From Paramoeba atlantica (Eukaryota > Protista > Discosea): a DNA stretch of 64,000 nt. Where the stretch lies: NCBI GenBank assembly GCA_977017575.1, contig CDRNVI010000051.1:332516-396515 (forward strand). Reading direction: 5' to 3'. Positions 44,807-54,435 of this stretch are shown here, piece by piece. Both the position numbers and the translations under genes were made by a program. Below the pieces are notes generated by a model. The model made no database searches. It was not told the DNA's origin and saw nothing but the letters and a program-made list of their open reading frames with translations. The first letter of the stretch is position 1. Every line of letters begins with the position of its first letter.

Positions 44807-45904
44807 TTATTTAGTTTTTGATCCATGCTGTGGTTTCTTGGGAACATATCCCACATCGTATATGTGTTCTTTGAGCCAATCCCTCCGTTCATCAATCGGT
44901 TTGACTAAACCACACCCTTTGCTACACCAACAAAAAGATGAGTCATCGATATTTTGTAAGTGTACATTTATTTCACTATCAAAGTCGTATTGGGGTTCTG
45001 ATGCAAGCAAACCATACACTGCAACAGATACAATCTGAACGGCATCCTTTACCCACGTAATATCGTGGTCCGTTCCATGAAAAAAAAGAAATTTATCGAA
45101 ATGAGCGAAACAACGCTCGATTCTTGAACGAATCCAAGAATGCATGCGGTTGAACCGATCCTGGTGTTCATCAAGGCAACCTTTGCGTGGTGCCTTGAAT
45201 GGAACAAAACAGTGGTTGCAACCCACGTATCCTAGATCCGCCAAAAACATTTCATCTTCATGATGGTCAAAAAGAAATGTTCCGTGCGTGGTTCTTTCTT
45301 TATAAATTTTCGCATCATGTACACTGCCCGGAACGGGTCCGCGAAAAAAAATAGGGACTCCGGCAAGCGTAAGCCAGAACTCCACTTTAAAACAGTGTTC
45401 CCTGTGCTTGCCGGAGTAGGTCGCATCTTTTTTTCTCATTTCCTGAGAGGCTTCGTCCCATACGTCCCGCGGTTTCCTTGCACGACATGGGATTGTCGTG
45501 ACGTCCATCATACATGTCACGTCAGACATCCAAGATACCCCATGCTTGAAACGAAGTTTCGGATTCATTAAAGCACGAGAGCGGCAAAGATCAGCGATGC
45601 GGCTAAAGTCATTGCGGAGAGTCCTGATGGATAGAGGAGGAGTTTCGGGAGCAATCCACATGGGCTGTAAATCATACAGTTGCTCCCATGTGCAGTTCAA
45701 AGCGCACATAGCTAAGGAAGAGCTAAGGCGTCTGAGATCAGTGTCCGTGGCGACAAGAGGACTTTCTCTCTGTAGCTCAAGAAAAAAATCTGTGAGTTGC
45801 CCTCTGGTAATGCCGTACATGATAGAATTGCAGGATAAAATAACGCCTAGAGAGAAAACAAAAAGTAAGATGACATTCATGGGTAAGATACCTAACTTAT
45901 TCAT
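44807..45904 (-). CDS. DDE transposase of the IS5/ISL2EU/Harbinger type (DDE_Tnp_4-like), intact
   Basis: MDVTTI, YSGKH, GPVPGSVHD, FLADLGY, FNRMHSWIRSRIERCF. D, D and E are all present. Confidence 0.9.
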   Translation of the reverse strand: MNKLGILPMNVILLFVFSLGVILSCNSIMYGITRGQLTDFFLELQRESPLVATDTDLRRLSSSLAMCALNCTWEQLYDLQPMWIAPETPPLSIRTLRNDFSRIADLCRSRALMNPKLRFKHGVSWMSDVTCMMDVTTIPCRARKPRDVWDEASQEMRKKDATYSGKHREHCFKVEFWLTLAGVPIFFRGPVPGSVHDAKIYKERTTHGTFLFDHHEDEMFLADLGYVGCNHCFVPFKAPRKGCLDEHQDRFNRMHSWIRSRIERCFAHFDKFLFFHGTDHDITWVKDAVQIVSVAVYGLLASEPQYDFDSEINVHLQNIDDSSFCWCSKGCGLVKPIDERRDWLKEHIYDVGYVPKKPQHGSKTK

Positions 45905-46259
45905 GATATAAGATGCATGATATCTAAAAAAAAGAATGATATATAAAGGTTAGCACTTCAAACTTCAAAAAAAACGAGCTTATCACTTCTCTTGAATTAC
46001 AACTCTTTTTCTCTTACGTACGATTTGTGCGGGAAACGTTCGCTTCTGCGAGGGAAAACTAAAGGGAAGGAAAGCGCATCACGCGAGAGGAACGTGGATT
46101 CAATGAGGCTTCCCCAAGCCAAGGTTGAGGGAGCGAGGAAGGTTGAGTGCGCAAGTTGGGTGAAGAGATCACCGTAGAAGAAAGGGATTCCTCTGCTACG
46201 TTTTCTTTACCCTGGCCACTCTTCCGTTTGCGCCACAGAGTGCATGATCTGGAACGTTT

Positions 46260-46724
46260 TCATGAAACAGAACGCCACACGTTCTCCACGAACTCTCCCA
46301 CAGCTCCTTCATGAGGAGGGGCGTAGAGAGGGTTCTGTTCCAAGAAAGCTTCCAGATCACGCGTCGCCTCTGTAAGGAAGTAGACCCCTCGTGGCAGACA
46401 ATCCAAGAGAAGGTGTCCTCGGCGCTCCACAAGGTGGAAGATGACACGCTGCAGCACTTGGGAGCTAACCTCCACGCCACACACAGAGCGTGTGGCATGT
46501 AAGTAGCTGTCCATCGTGCGCGATACGCGCCTCATGCATTCTTCCACCTTGGCTCCCAACTCCTCCTCAGTGACAACGAGCGCTGGGGGGGCGAAAGGAG
46601 TTTTGCGCTTCGTGAAGGTGCGCATAAGCGATGCGACAATGACGTCGTATACGTCATCATCCCTCGCAGATGTTACCTTCGTACGTGAAGTGAAATCTTC
46701 GTTGCTCTCAACAGGGCTCATCAT
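46260..46724 (-). CDS. Second ORF of the ISL2EU/Harbinger-type element, unknown function
   Basis: 154-aa ORF inside the TIRs, co-oriented with the transposase. The frame stays open for 66 more codons after the TGA. Confidence 0.5.
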   Translation of the reverse strand: MMSPVESNEDFTSRTKVTSARDDDVYDVIVASLMRTFTKRKTPFAPPALVVTEEELGAKVEECMRRVSRTMDSYLHATRSVCGVEVSSQVLQRVIFHLVERRGHLLLDCLPRGVYFLTEATRDLEAFLEQNPLYAPPHEGAVGEFVENVWRSVS

Positions 46725-47421
46725 ATAAAAAGGAGGATAATGTAAAAGAATTATGCATGTATTGTGGAGGGTATATTAATTGTACATTTGATTTGTGTAA
46801 TGCATTCACCGTTCGTATACAGCACCGTATACAGCGTACACCATATTTTCACAGTAAGGCGGCTATGTACGGTAACAAACTAAAAAAAACTACACTTTAA
46901 GCAACTTTTTACGTGTACAATCCATTTTTTTGGGCTAAAATAGACCTCATTCGACCTCAAATGCAAAGCGCGGGTTCGGTGCGGGTTCGGTGATGCACAC
47001 CCGCAGCCCCTCAGATAAGGAACGCGCCGCGAAGCGGCGCGAAAATTTTATTTTGCTTTCACACAAAATTTAGTATACCGTACCCACTTAGTACACCTAC
47101 TAGGTATACTATCCTGGAACATGGTTCATATGCAAAAAGATGAGACTTGTACGAGTAAGGTGAAGATGGTGATGAAATTCCTCACGGAGTGCGTGAACGG
47201 AAAGTTGAAAGTAAACGGCGGGTCTAGATTTCGATGTATTTTGGCAGACATCCAACTCCTTTGTGAATCTGTGGTGATGCAATAAGCAAGGGTGATGCAA
47301 TAAGCAAAGGTGGCGGAAGTGATTAAAAGATGAACTCGAGAATGATTTTAGGAAAAAACGTTTTTTTGCTCAATTTAGGTACTAATTGTCCCTACCTAGG
47401 GAACGTGTTTTCATGGCTCTG

Positions 47422-47592
47422 TAATCAAGGCTAAAGTGGGCGAGGGAGATACCGATAACACAGAAAAGATGGCATTCCCCTTTTGATATGAAAGCACTCG
47501 GGTACATACAAAGTGGGAGATACCATCTTTCGAGTGGGAAGCCGCCGCATCTGTGTTATCGGTATCTCCCTCGCCCACTTCAGCCTGGATTA
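47422..47592. mobile_element. Hairpin MITE of about 170 bp
   Basis: 31-bp perfect inverted repeat (47434-47464 / 47550-47580), extendable to about 43 bp with 2 mismatches. Confidence 0.75.
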
Positions 47593-48078
47593 TGTCGTTC
47601 TTCTGCTTTTATGAACGCTTTTCTTTACATTTCTTTCGCATGAATGCACCGAATGCGAATAATAAGTGTAAAACATACTATTATTCGCATTTTTTTCTTA
47701 TTCGCATGCGAATAATATCCGTACAGTCGGTTTATGTCTTATACGCGCCCGTAATAGAATCTGTTTCGGGTCAAAATGGGCAAATCTATCTTATTGGGGT
47801 TCACAGCGACTCTATTATAATAAGACAAGTAGAAAATACTATATCAATGCACGGCAAGAAACGTGTGTATAAAAATGAAATTACGTAAGTAGTCTAGTCC
47901 TATAGAAAATCCAGGGAGGACCAGTCAAAAATTGACGGCATTAATATTTAGAAATCAAGGGAATGAATGCAACAATTGAATAGGATATTCACATGTGCTT
48001 GCTATTAAAGCTAGCTGTTGGGCAAGAAGCAAGTAATTTAGCATGAAGGGGCAGTAGATCTCCCGATATCTTATGTTC

Positions 48079-49251
48079 TCACTCACATATGGTATATTTG
48101 TCTACATACTCCCGCATAGATAAACGTTGAACACTTTGTTCAATCCATCGTGCGGGAAGTCGTTGTTTGGGATAGATTACAGCCTTGAATGCATTGTAAC
48201 GCAAATTAAGTTGCAAATTATGTGTATCCCTCCCCATATCATATAGGTCTAAGTAGCCGGAAAATAGATTTCTACTCAAGTTTAGACACTCCAATGAAGC
48301 AGGAAGGCGGTTCAAATTTAGTGTCCCATAAAAAAAATTAAAGCTGAGGTCAAGAGATAAAAGATCAGGAAGTTTCGTCAAGTTCAAGGACCCGGTTAAC
48401 TTATTCCCCTGCAGAGAGATTGTTTTTATACCAGCAGGAAGATTTTCCAATGATACGGTTCCGCTAAATAGGTTGTCATCCAGGCGCAGAAGACGAATAT
48501 TCGGAGGTAGTGAATCAAGGGCCAAACTCCCTATGAGAAAGTTGTTGCGGACACTGAAATGATGCAAATATGGCGAAATCGATGACAAGTCTAGCTCGCC
48601 ATCAAAGCAGTTACAGGCCAAGTCCAGCTCGGTAAGTGAAGGTGGCAAGCTATTCAGAAGCAGCTTGCCCCTGAGAAGGTTTCCCCAGAGGTTCAAAATC
48701 TCTAAACTTTGAGGTAAATTACAGAATTGTAGGTTCCCATTGAGTCGATTACACGAGAGCACCAGAACCTCCATTTTTTGCGGTAGAGTGGTTAAATCCA
48801 GCGGCCCAGTATGTGCATGGCGAAACAGAGCCAGGAATCCCAACGAGTCCGCAAACAAAGCTGTTGGAATAGTCCCCTGTAAGTTCCTCTTCCGTCCATG
48901 AGGAACGTTAGCGGTGAAATAAGTGAGTCGAATGGGCATGGCATGCCAAGTAAGGTTTCCTTTCAGGACAACATCATTAAGTAGAAGGGAAAGAATCCGC
49001 ATGTCTTCATCACAATTCACTCCTTCCCATTGACATACATGGAGGGAGGAATTACGCCAATAAGCGGGTCGATAGGTAACATGGGATACAAAACGCCTCA
49101 TGCGAGTATCATCATCTTCCGTAAGTGGACTTACCTTGCTGCCATACTTTTTTCTCTTCAGCGGGGGTTCACATGCCAGAAAGAAGGATGCGTCAGGATG
49201 GAAAGCAAAAACGGATGGCCACAAAAACAAGACGGACGCCAAATTAGGCAT
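48079..49251 (-). CDS. LRR-only protein, 390 aa, possible N-terminal signal peptide
   Basis: Hydrophobic start MPNLASVLFLWPSVFA, cap MRRFV...CQWEGVNC and about 11-12 LRRs. Confidence 0.9.
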   Translation of the reverse strand: MPNLASVLFLWPSVFAFHPDASFFLACEPPLKRKKYGSKVSPLTEDDDTRMRRFVSHVTYRPAYWRNSSLHVCQWEGVNCDEDMRILSLLLNDVVLKGNLTWHAMPIRLTYFTANVPHGRKRNLQGTIPTALFADSLGFLALFRHAHTGPLDLTTLPQKMEVLVLSCNRLNGNLQFCNLPQSLEILNLWGNLLRGKLLLNSLPPSLTELDLACNCFDGELDLSSISPYLHHFSVRNNFLIGSLALDSLPPNIRLLRLDDNLFSGTVSLENLPAGIKTISLQGNKLTGSLNLTKLPDLLSLDLSFNFFYGTLNLNRLPASLECLNLSRNLFSGYLDLYDMGRDTHNLQLNLRYNAFKAVIYPKQRLPARWIEQSVQRLSMREYVDKYTICE

Positions 49252-50207
49252 GGAATACAGTAGTGGATAAATTGTTTTAGAATCTTTAGTGTTTTTATAG
49301 TTTTAGGTTTCATAGTTTGAGCCTAAAACTATGAAAAAAGGTTTGTAGACGTCTACAATTTTAGGTACGTCTACAAAAAAGAGTGTACAAGAATGTGCAA
49401 GAGCATAATGTACGGCTATCGCAAATTATCCGATGAGTCTGCTGATATCCGCCTCTGCAAGGCCTCGATGAGAATGCTGATATCCGCATCTGTAAGGATT
49501 TTCATCATGATTGAAAGAATTGCAATTGGGTGCATACAAAAACGAATTGGGTGTATAAAACGAGAATGGTGATAATCCATATATCAATCGTTTGTCAAAT
49601 AAAGAATTGAATATACTACGAACTGAAATGCTAGACGATTTAGCGCTCTTCTTAATTAGCTTGAGGGGTACACGGAGAAAATCTCTCCTCTTCAGTCATT
49701 TATTTGTTCTATGAAAAACTTCACACACAATACCGAAAATACATCTGAGAACGTTTTGAACGCGGCTATTCCTGAAACATACATGTACATACATGTACAT
49801 GTATATGTACAAAAATCATATACTGTCCCCCCCCCACTTAAGCGCAACCAGGTTTTGGCCTAAAATTGCACATAAGTAGCAGGGTCAAAAAAAGGGGTGA
49901 AAAAAATTTTTCGCGCCGCTTCGCGGCGCGTGCTTCAATCATGAGTTATATACGCGGTGTGCCCTTGGGGGCTGCTTTTTATATACTATCCCCCCTATCC
50001 TAGCGTGCCCTTGCTGGGATGAAATGCAACGCTAGGAGGGGGGGCAAAAACTGGGGCCGAAGAATTGCTAAGCCGAAGATGTTGTGGGATTATTGAGGAA
50101 GACTTTAAAAAAAATCGCTGTTTAGGGTACATTTTTACCATACCTTCGCAGCAAGAGACAGTCTAGAAAGCAACGCTAATGAGGGGCTACCGAGGCAACG
50201 ATAGAAT

Positions 50208-53156
50208 CATACCCCTGCCGGGTAAATGGGTAATTACCCACGTGGTGGTAAACGCGGGTAATTTACCCGGGTCATTGACCCATTTACCCGCTTTCACCCA
50301 GATTTACCAACCAACCATACGATCCCGTACTAGAATAAAGCTCGATGACTGTGCCAACTTTGCTGAGCAAGTTGTCGCTACAGAAACAGTATCTCAATCC
50401 ATAGAAGGAAAAATCCGTCTTTCATTCGGTTTCCCCCCTTTCCTATCCCCTAAACCAAACAATTTTGTTTTATTTCTTTTTATTTTTTTTTATTTTTTTC
50501 TTGACCTGGCGGGCTAATCCCCGCTTCATACAGTACTAATACTATACTGTATAGTAATCACTGTACTAAAATCAAATACAACTACTGCGTACAATCCACA
50601 TAATGTTAAGTCAGTTATGTTCTGTATCTGACAATGATTCAAGCTCACTATCATTTTCCAGCGAATCAGAATCACCTTGAGTCATATATCCTAGCTTGTC
50701 GCAATTTCCTCGCACGAATATCTGGTGCGATACAACATCGGGAGTAAGGGAGGCCTGGCGTGAGCTATACATATATCCAAGCACGGAAAGCCAGGAGTCG
50801 CACTTGTTGACCAGGGGTGGCGTCCAAACGTAGTGTACGGCAGCTTCGTAAATCGCTGGGAACATTTCACACCCAGGACCACACCACCATTCGTACTCGT
50901 TGCTGAACTTAGACGGATCCCAACTGAAATCGAGGCATGCTAAGTATTTTTCCCACTCATCGGATGAAATACGAAAGATCGGCTGCTCGGCCGACGGACC
51001 GTCCGCATTTTTGTCAAAAACATTATTTGCTCGAGCTACCGAGATGGGGAGAAGACCACAAGGACGAGCGAACTGAACGATCCATCCGGGACGGAACCAG
51101 AGAACATCGTTCCAAAAGCGCATATTATGATTTTTTTGTAGACGAGTCTTGTGATAAAGAAGTGCTTCTCGCATTCGCGAGGGCGCTTCGTCACTTTCGC
51201 TATGTTCGAACAAGAGCTGCAGCGTAGTTCCGACATGAGTTGCCATCGGTTTCCCCAACATGTCTGAAAATTTGTTCAATGCTGAATGCAAAACGCTGCA
51301 TTGTTCAAGAAATGTAAAGCAGCTTGCTTTAATTTCCAAAGCTCCGTACCGGTCCAGCAAACGCTTACACTTAATAATGGACTTTGACGCCCGTGCCTTT
51401 TCACTTTCGCTGTACACAAATGCCGATACTGTGTCCATATTCTTCGCCAAAAATTGCATACATGTAAACTTATCCTGACACCAGCGCGTCACACCTCCGA
51501 GCTTCGGAGTTTCGACACCCTCAGTTTCACGCGCTACTTGCAAAGCACTAATCAATTTCGGTCCCTGAGCAAGAAGCTGGCGATGCTTCTCGTACCATGA
51601 CGTGACATTGCATGACAGTGTGGCAATTAGAGAATTGGACATGTCCGGAGATACCTCCTTCAGCTTTTCGAGGCATCCGATTAGAGTAGATTGTAGTTGT
51701 TGACGGCAGAAAACTGGGGCATCCTCCCCAAGGCCATGGTACGATTGACGGAAGGTTTCTTCCGCCTTCAGAACTCCCTGATCGAAGCGAGCCAGAGCGA
51801 GATCCAGAGCAACTCCCTTGTATTTCCCTTTTGCTGCACTCGCTCGTCCTCCTGAATAAAAGGACTGACTGAACGCTTTTTTGAAAAGAAAGCACGGTGA
51901 CTCTTCGTAGGGCTTCAAGGTCGTTTGGCAAATTTTATTCAGCATATGACCTATGCAAGACAGGAGTATTATCGAAGAGACACGAGAAGATATGCCTTGC
52001 TGAAGTGCTGCAGTGTCACTCTCCCCAATCGGGGAAATTTGGTCATATATGCGTTTGAGAGCTCCTTCGCAATTGTTACGTGCCACGTGATTCACAGAAC
52101 TTCCGTCCGCGATCATGAATTTTAGCTTTAAAAGTCGGTGCTCACCAAGATTCGCCTGAAGAGTAAACACTAGTTGTTCGGCTACTGTTTTTCCATCAAA
52201 AGCACGATGACTAGGAGAATAAATGGGAGGTAAGACGTATTCTTCAGGGCCTACATATAAGACGGACAATAAAATGTGCTCAGACTTTGCTCGGTCGATT
52301 CCTGCATCAACGGCAATTCCGTACACCATGTGTAAGTCAATGGCAGCGCAAAGCTTCTCCCAGACTTCGTGGGCTAAAATTTCACAGTGTTGATGCCACT
52401 TCTTCAAATTTGTTTCCGGAATAGCCTCTTTGATAACATTCGGTGGAAGGTCGGGGCGGAGATCCTCATACTTGCGAATCAGCCAAACGAATTTACTCGA
52501 CGGAAGGTTTGTTAGGGTTTGTAGACATGGGAGCACCTTCCCAGCGAATCTTTGAACGGCCGCTCTCTGAATAAACGAAACCTGCGCAGTCGCCAAGCGA
52601 GCTCGCTCCACGCCCTCACGACACTTGCGTACATGCTTATGATAGACGTTTTTAAATCGGCAATGAGATTGAAACGTGCAACCCTCTGTCGTGCACACAA
52701 AGTGTACTTTTTGGTTAAGGGGGTCTGTGAGAACATCCGCGTGTTCATGCGGACAGTTTGGCGGGCAACGAGCCAAATTAAAGTGCCCAGACAAAGACTT
52801 CACCGTCATCTTGTGCCGCTCGTTTCGCTTTGATCGCTTTGGGTCCGGGGTCACTATCTCATCCTCAGAGCTTGATTCAGATGAAACGATCGGTTCGGGC
52901 GTACTGACTGTCGATGATCTTCGTTTGGGCATGTAATAAATAGAAGATAAAAGTGCAACGCTATCAGCAAAGTAAATGATATTATGATTGAAGGAAAAAG
53001 AATCTGAGATTTTTCTGATAGATATACAAAAATAAAACATTCAAAATCATTTAAGGTACAACTTTTCAGTTCCTGTCATCGAGCGGGTAAACGTGGGTAA
53101 AGCGGGTAAATGGGTAATTTACCCGGGTAATTACCCATTTACCCGGCAGGGGTATG
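50208..53156 (-). mobile_element. Apparently autonomous hAT-like transposon, 2949 bp, with 6-bp TSD
   Basis: 32-bp perfect TIR CATACCCCTGCCGGGTAAATGGGTAATTACCC. TAGAAT at 50202-50207 and 53157-53162. GGGTAA/TTACCC subterminal repeats. Confidence 0.9.
50611..53040 (-). CDS. hAT-superfamily transposase, divergent; likely start at MPKRR, about 52932
   Basis: Zinc-finger-like C..C...HxKHxxxC, YGIAVDAGID (D1), MIADGSSVN (D2), CIGH (CxxH), GVTRW, and a C-terminal dimerisation-domain pattern WW...FP.I...A...P....CDSWLS...R..L.P..V...IF...N. Confidence 0.85.
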   Translation of the reverse strand: MFYFCISIRKISDSFSFNHNIIYFADSVALLSSIYYMPKRRSSTVSTPEPIVSSESSSEDEIVTPDPKRSKRNERHKMTVKSLSGHFNLARCPPNCPHEHADVLTDPLNQKVHFVCTTEGCTFQSHCRFKNVYHKHVRKCREGVERARLATAQVSFIQRAAVQRFAGKVLPCLQTLTNLPSSKFVWLIRKYEDLRPDLPPNVIKEAIPETNLKKWHQHCEILAHEVWEKLCAAIDLHMVYGIAVDAGIDRAKSEHILLSVLYVGPEEYVLPPIYSPSHRAFDGKTVAEQLVFTLQANLGEHRLLKLKFMIADGSSVNHVARNNCEGALKRIYDQISPIGESDTAALQQGISSRVSSIILLSCIGHMLNKICQTTLKPYEESPCFLFKKAFSQSFYSGGRASAAKGKYKGVALDLALARFDQGVLKAEETFRQSYHGLGEDAPVFCRQQLQSTLIGCLEKLKEVSPDMSNSLIATLSCNVTSWYEKHRQLLAQGPKLISALQVARETEGVETPKLGGVTRWCQDKFTCMQFLAKNMDTVSAFVYSESEKARASKSIIKCKRLLDRYGALEIKASCFTFLEQCSVLHSALNKFSDMLGKPMATHVGTTLQLLFEHSESDEAPSRMREALLYHKTRLQKNHNMRFWNDVLWFRPGWIVQFARPCGLLPISVARANNVFDKNADGPSAEQPIFRISSDEWEKYLACLDFSWDPSKFSNEYEWWCGPGCEMFPAIYEAAVHYVWTPPLVNKCDSWLSVLGYMYSSRQASLTPDVVSHQIFVRGNCDKLGYMTQGDSDSLENDSELESLSDTEHN

Positions 53157-53175
53157 TAGAATAGGGGGGATAGTA

Positions 53176-53388
53176 CTGTACCCCCCTAGTTATCTGTCAC
53201 AACTTTTCGTGGAAAGGTGACAAATAAGTAGGGGGGTAAATTACGTTTTAAGATTTTTTTGGAAAACAATAGCTATGAAAGTGACAGATAACTAGGGGGA
53301 GTAATTAATGAAAAAAAAATTGAAGGACCGAAAAGTGGCAGATAACTAGGGGGGTGACGTGTGAGAGATAACTTTGGAGGAGGTACAG
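53176..53388. mobile_element. MITE, 213 bp, TA TSD
   Basis: TA|CTGTACCCCCCTAGTTATCTGTCAC ... GAGATAACTTTGGAGGAGGTACAG|TA, with internal copies of GACAGATAACTAGGGGG. Confidence 0.7.
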
Positions 53389-54435
53389 TACTTCACTTGT
53401 ATGGTTACTTATGCCCGCGAATGACCACATTACGGGGTGAGTGGCTTTTTTGCGAGCATCCGATCAATTGTAAGAAAAGAACGGACTTTTAAGAGCATGT
53501 GTCCGAAATATAAATTTCGTGCACTTGCGTATAAATTCATGTACTTGTAGTGCAGTTATCCACGTTGTCTTTACCCGCCCCACATCTAGGCGGTGCCGCA
53601 CGCTGGTGCGCTGATCATTTCAAAAGCGTACAGTACGTGGCAGGAGAGTTCCTCTGATGTACAGTACAGTATAGTATGCAAAGACTAGCCGTACAGATCG
53701 GTGGAGGTCAGTGTGGATCAGAGGAGATCGCTGGAGTTCGATGAAGATCATTTTTGAACGCCCAAAGGGACTACCTGCAGACTCTCCATTTCAACAGCGG
53801 CGAAAATTGGTACAAAAATTCGTACCACAAAAAAAATATCGCGCCGCTTTGCGGCGCTGTTCTTCTGAACGATGCGTCAAAATTGCGCTTAAGCGGCCGG
53901 GTCAAACGGTTGCGCATAAGTAGGGGGCGGGACAGTACATGTAAATAGATTTTATAATCAAACATTCCATTTATGTTTCGAAGAAATGACCACTTTCTTT
54001 TTTCTCTTATTCGACGTCTGTAGTTGAAAATTGTTTAAAAAAATATTCCAGTGCGAAGACAAACAACTTTCATAAAGCTTTCAAATGCGCTAATATTTTT
54101 CAAAATTAGAAAATAGTTCAAAATTTTAAATACCTCAAAAAAATTGTCACCCCTGCTCGCGGCATCTTTTATATCCAATGGACAAACAAGGAACGTTATT
54201 AAATTATCTTCAGGAGAAGTGTACTAGCAATGTATGTCAAAGTCTTCGAAACAGTAGTGTCCGTGTAATTCTTTGAAAGTATAGCGCTTTGTATATCGCA
54301 TAAGAGAATACGTATTCCTCTTTTTTAATTTCACCTTGTACTTAGCCCATAACACTTCAGTGTAGTACTTGAAGTACAGATCAATCTGTACTTACCGGTA
54401 TTCAAACACAATGTATACCTAAGACGTTGCAAAAC

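Larger units (their letters stand above)
44491..47012 (-). mobile_element. Inner ISL2EU/PIF-Harbinger-type DNA transposon, 2522 bp
   Basis: 13-bp perfect TIR GAGGGGCTGCGGG, flanked by AGAT on both sides. It contains a DDE transposase and a second ORF. Confidence 0.88.
44318..47126. mobile_element. Middle TIR element B of the nest, TA|AACC class
   Basis: 24-bp perfect TIR AACCATGTTCCAGGATAGTATACC with flanks TA / CA. A paralogous empty site lies near 63925. Confidence 0.8.
44177..47732. mobile_element. Outer TIR element A of the nest, TA|AACC class
   Basis: TA|AACCAACTGTACGGATATTATTCGCAT ... ATGCGAATAATATCCGTACAGTCGGTT|TA, with one mismatch. Confidence 0.75.
49823..53935. mobile_element. Tc1/mariner-type TIR element hosting the hAT insertion
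   Basis: TA|CTGTCCCCCCCCCACTTAAGCGCAACC ... GGTTGCGCATAAGTAGGGGGCGGGACAG|TA. Confidence 0.75.

Noticed and set aside
50221-50300. GGGTAA/TTACCC repeats as telomeric sequence
   Set aside because: They are not TTAGGG/CCCTAA. They are mirrored at 53085-53150 as hAT subterminal repeats.
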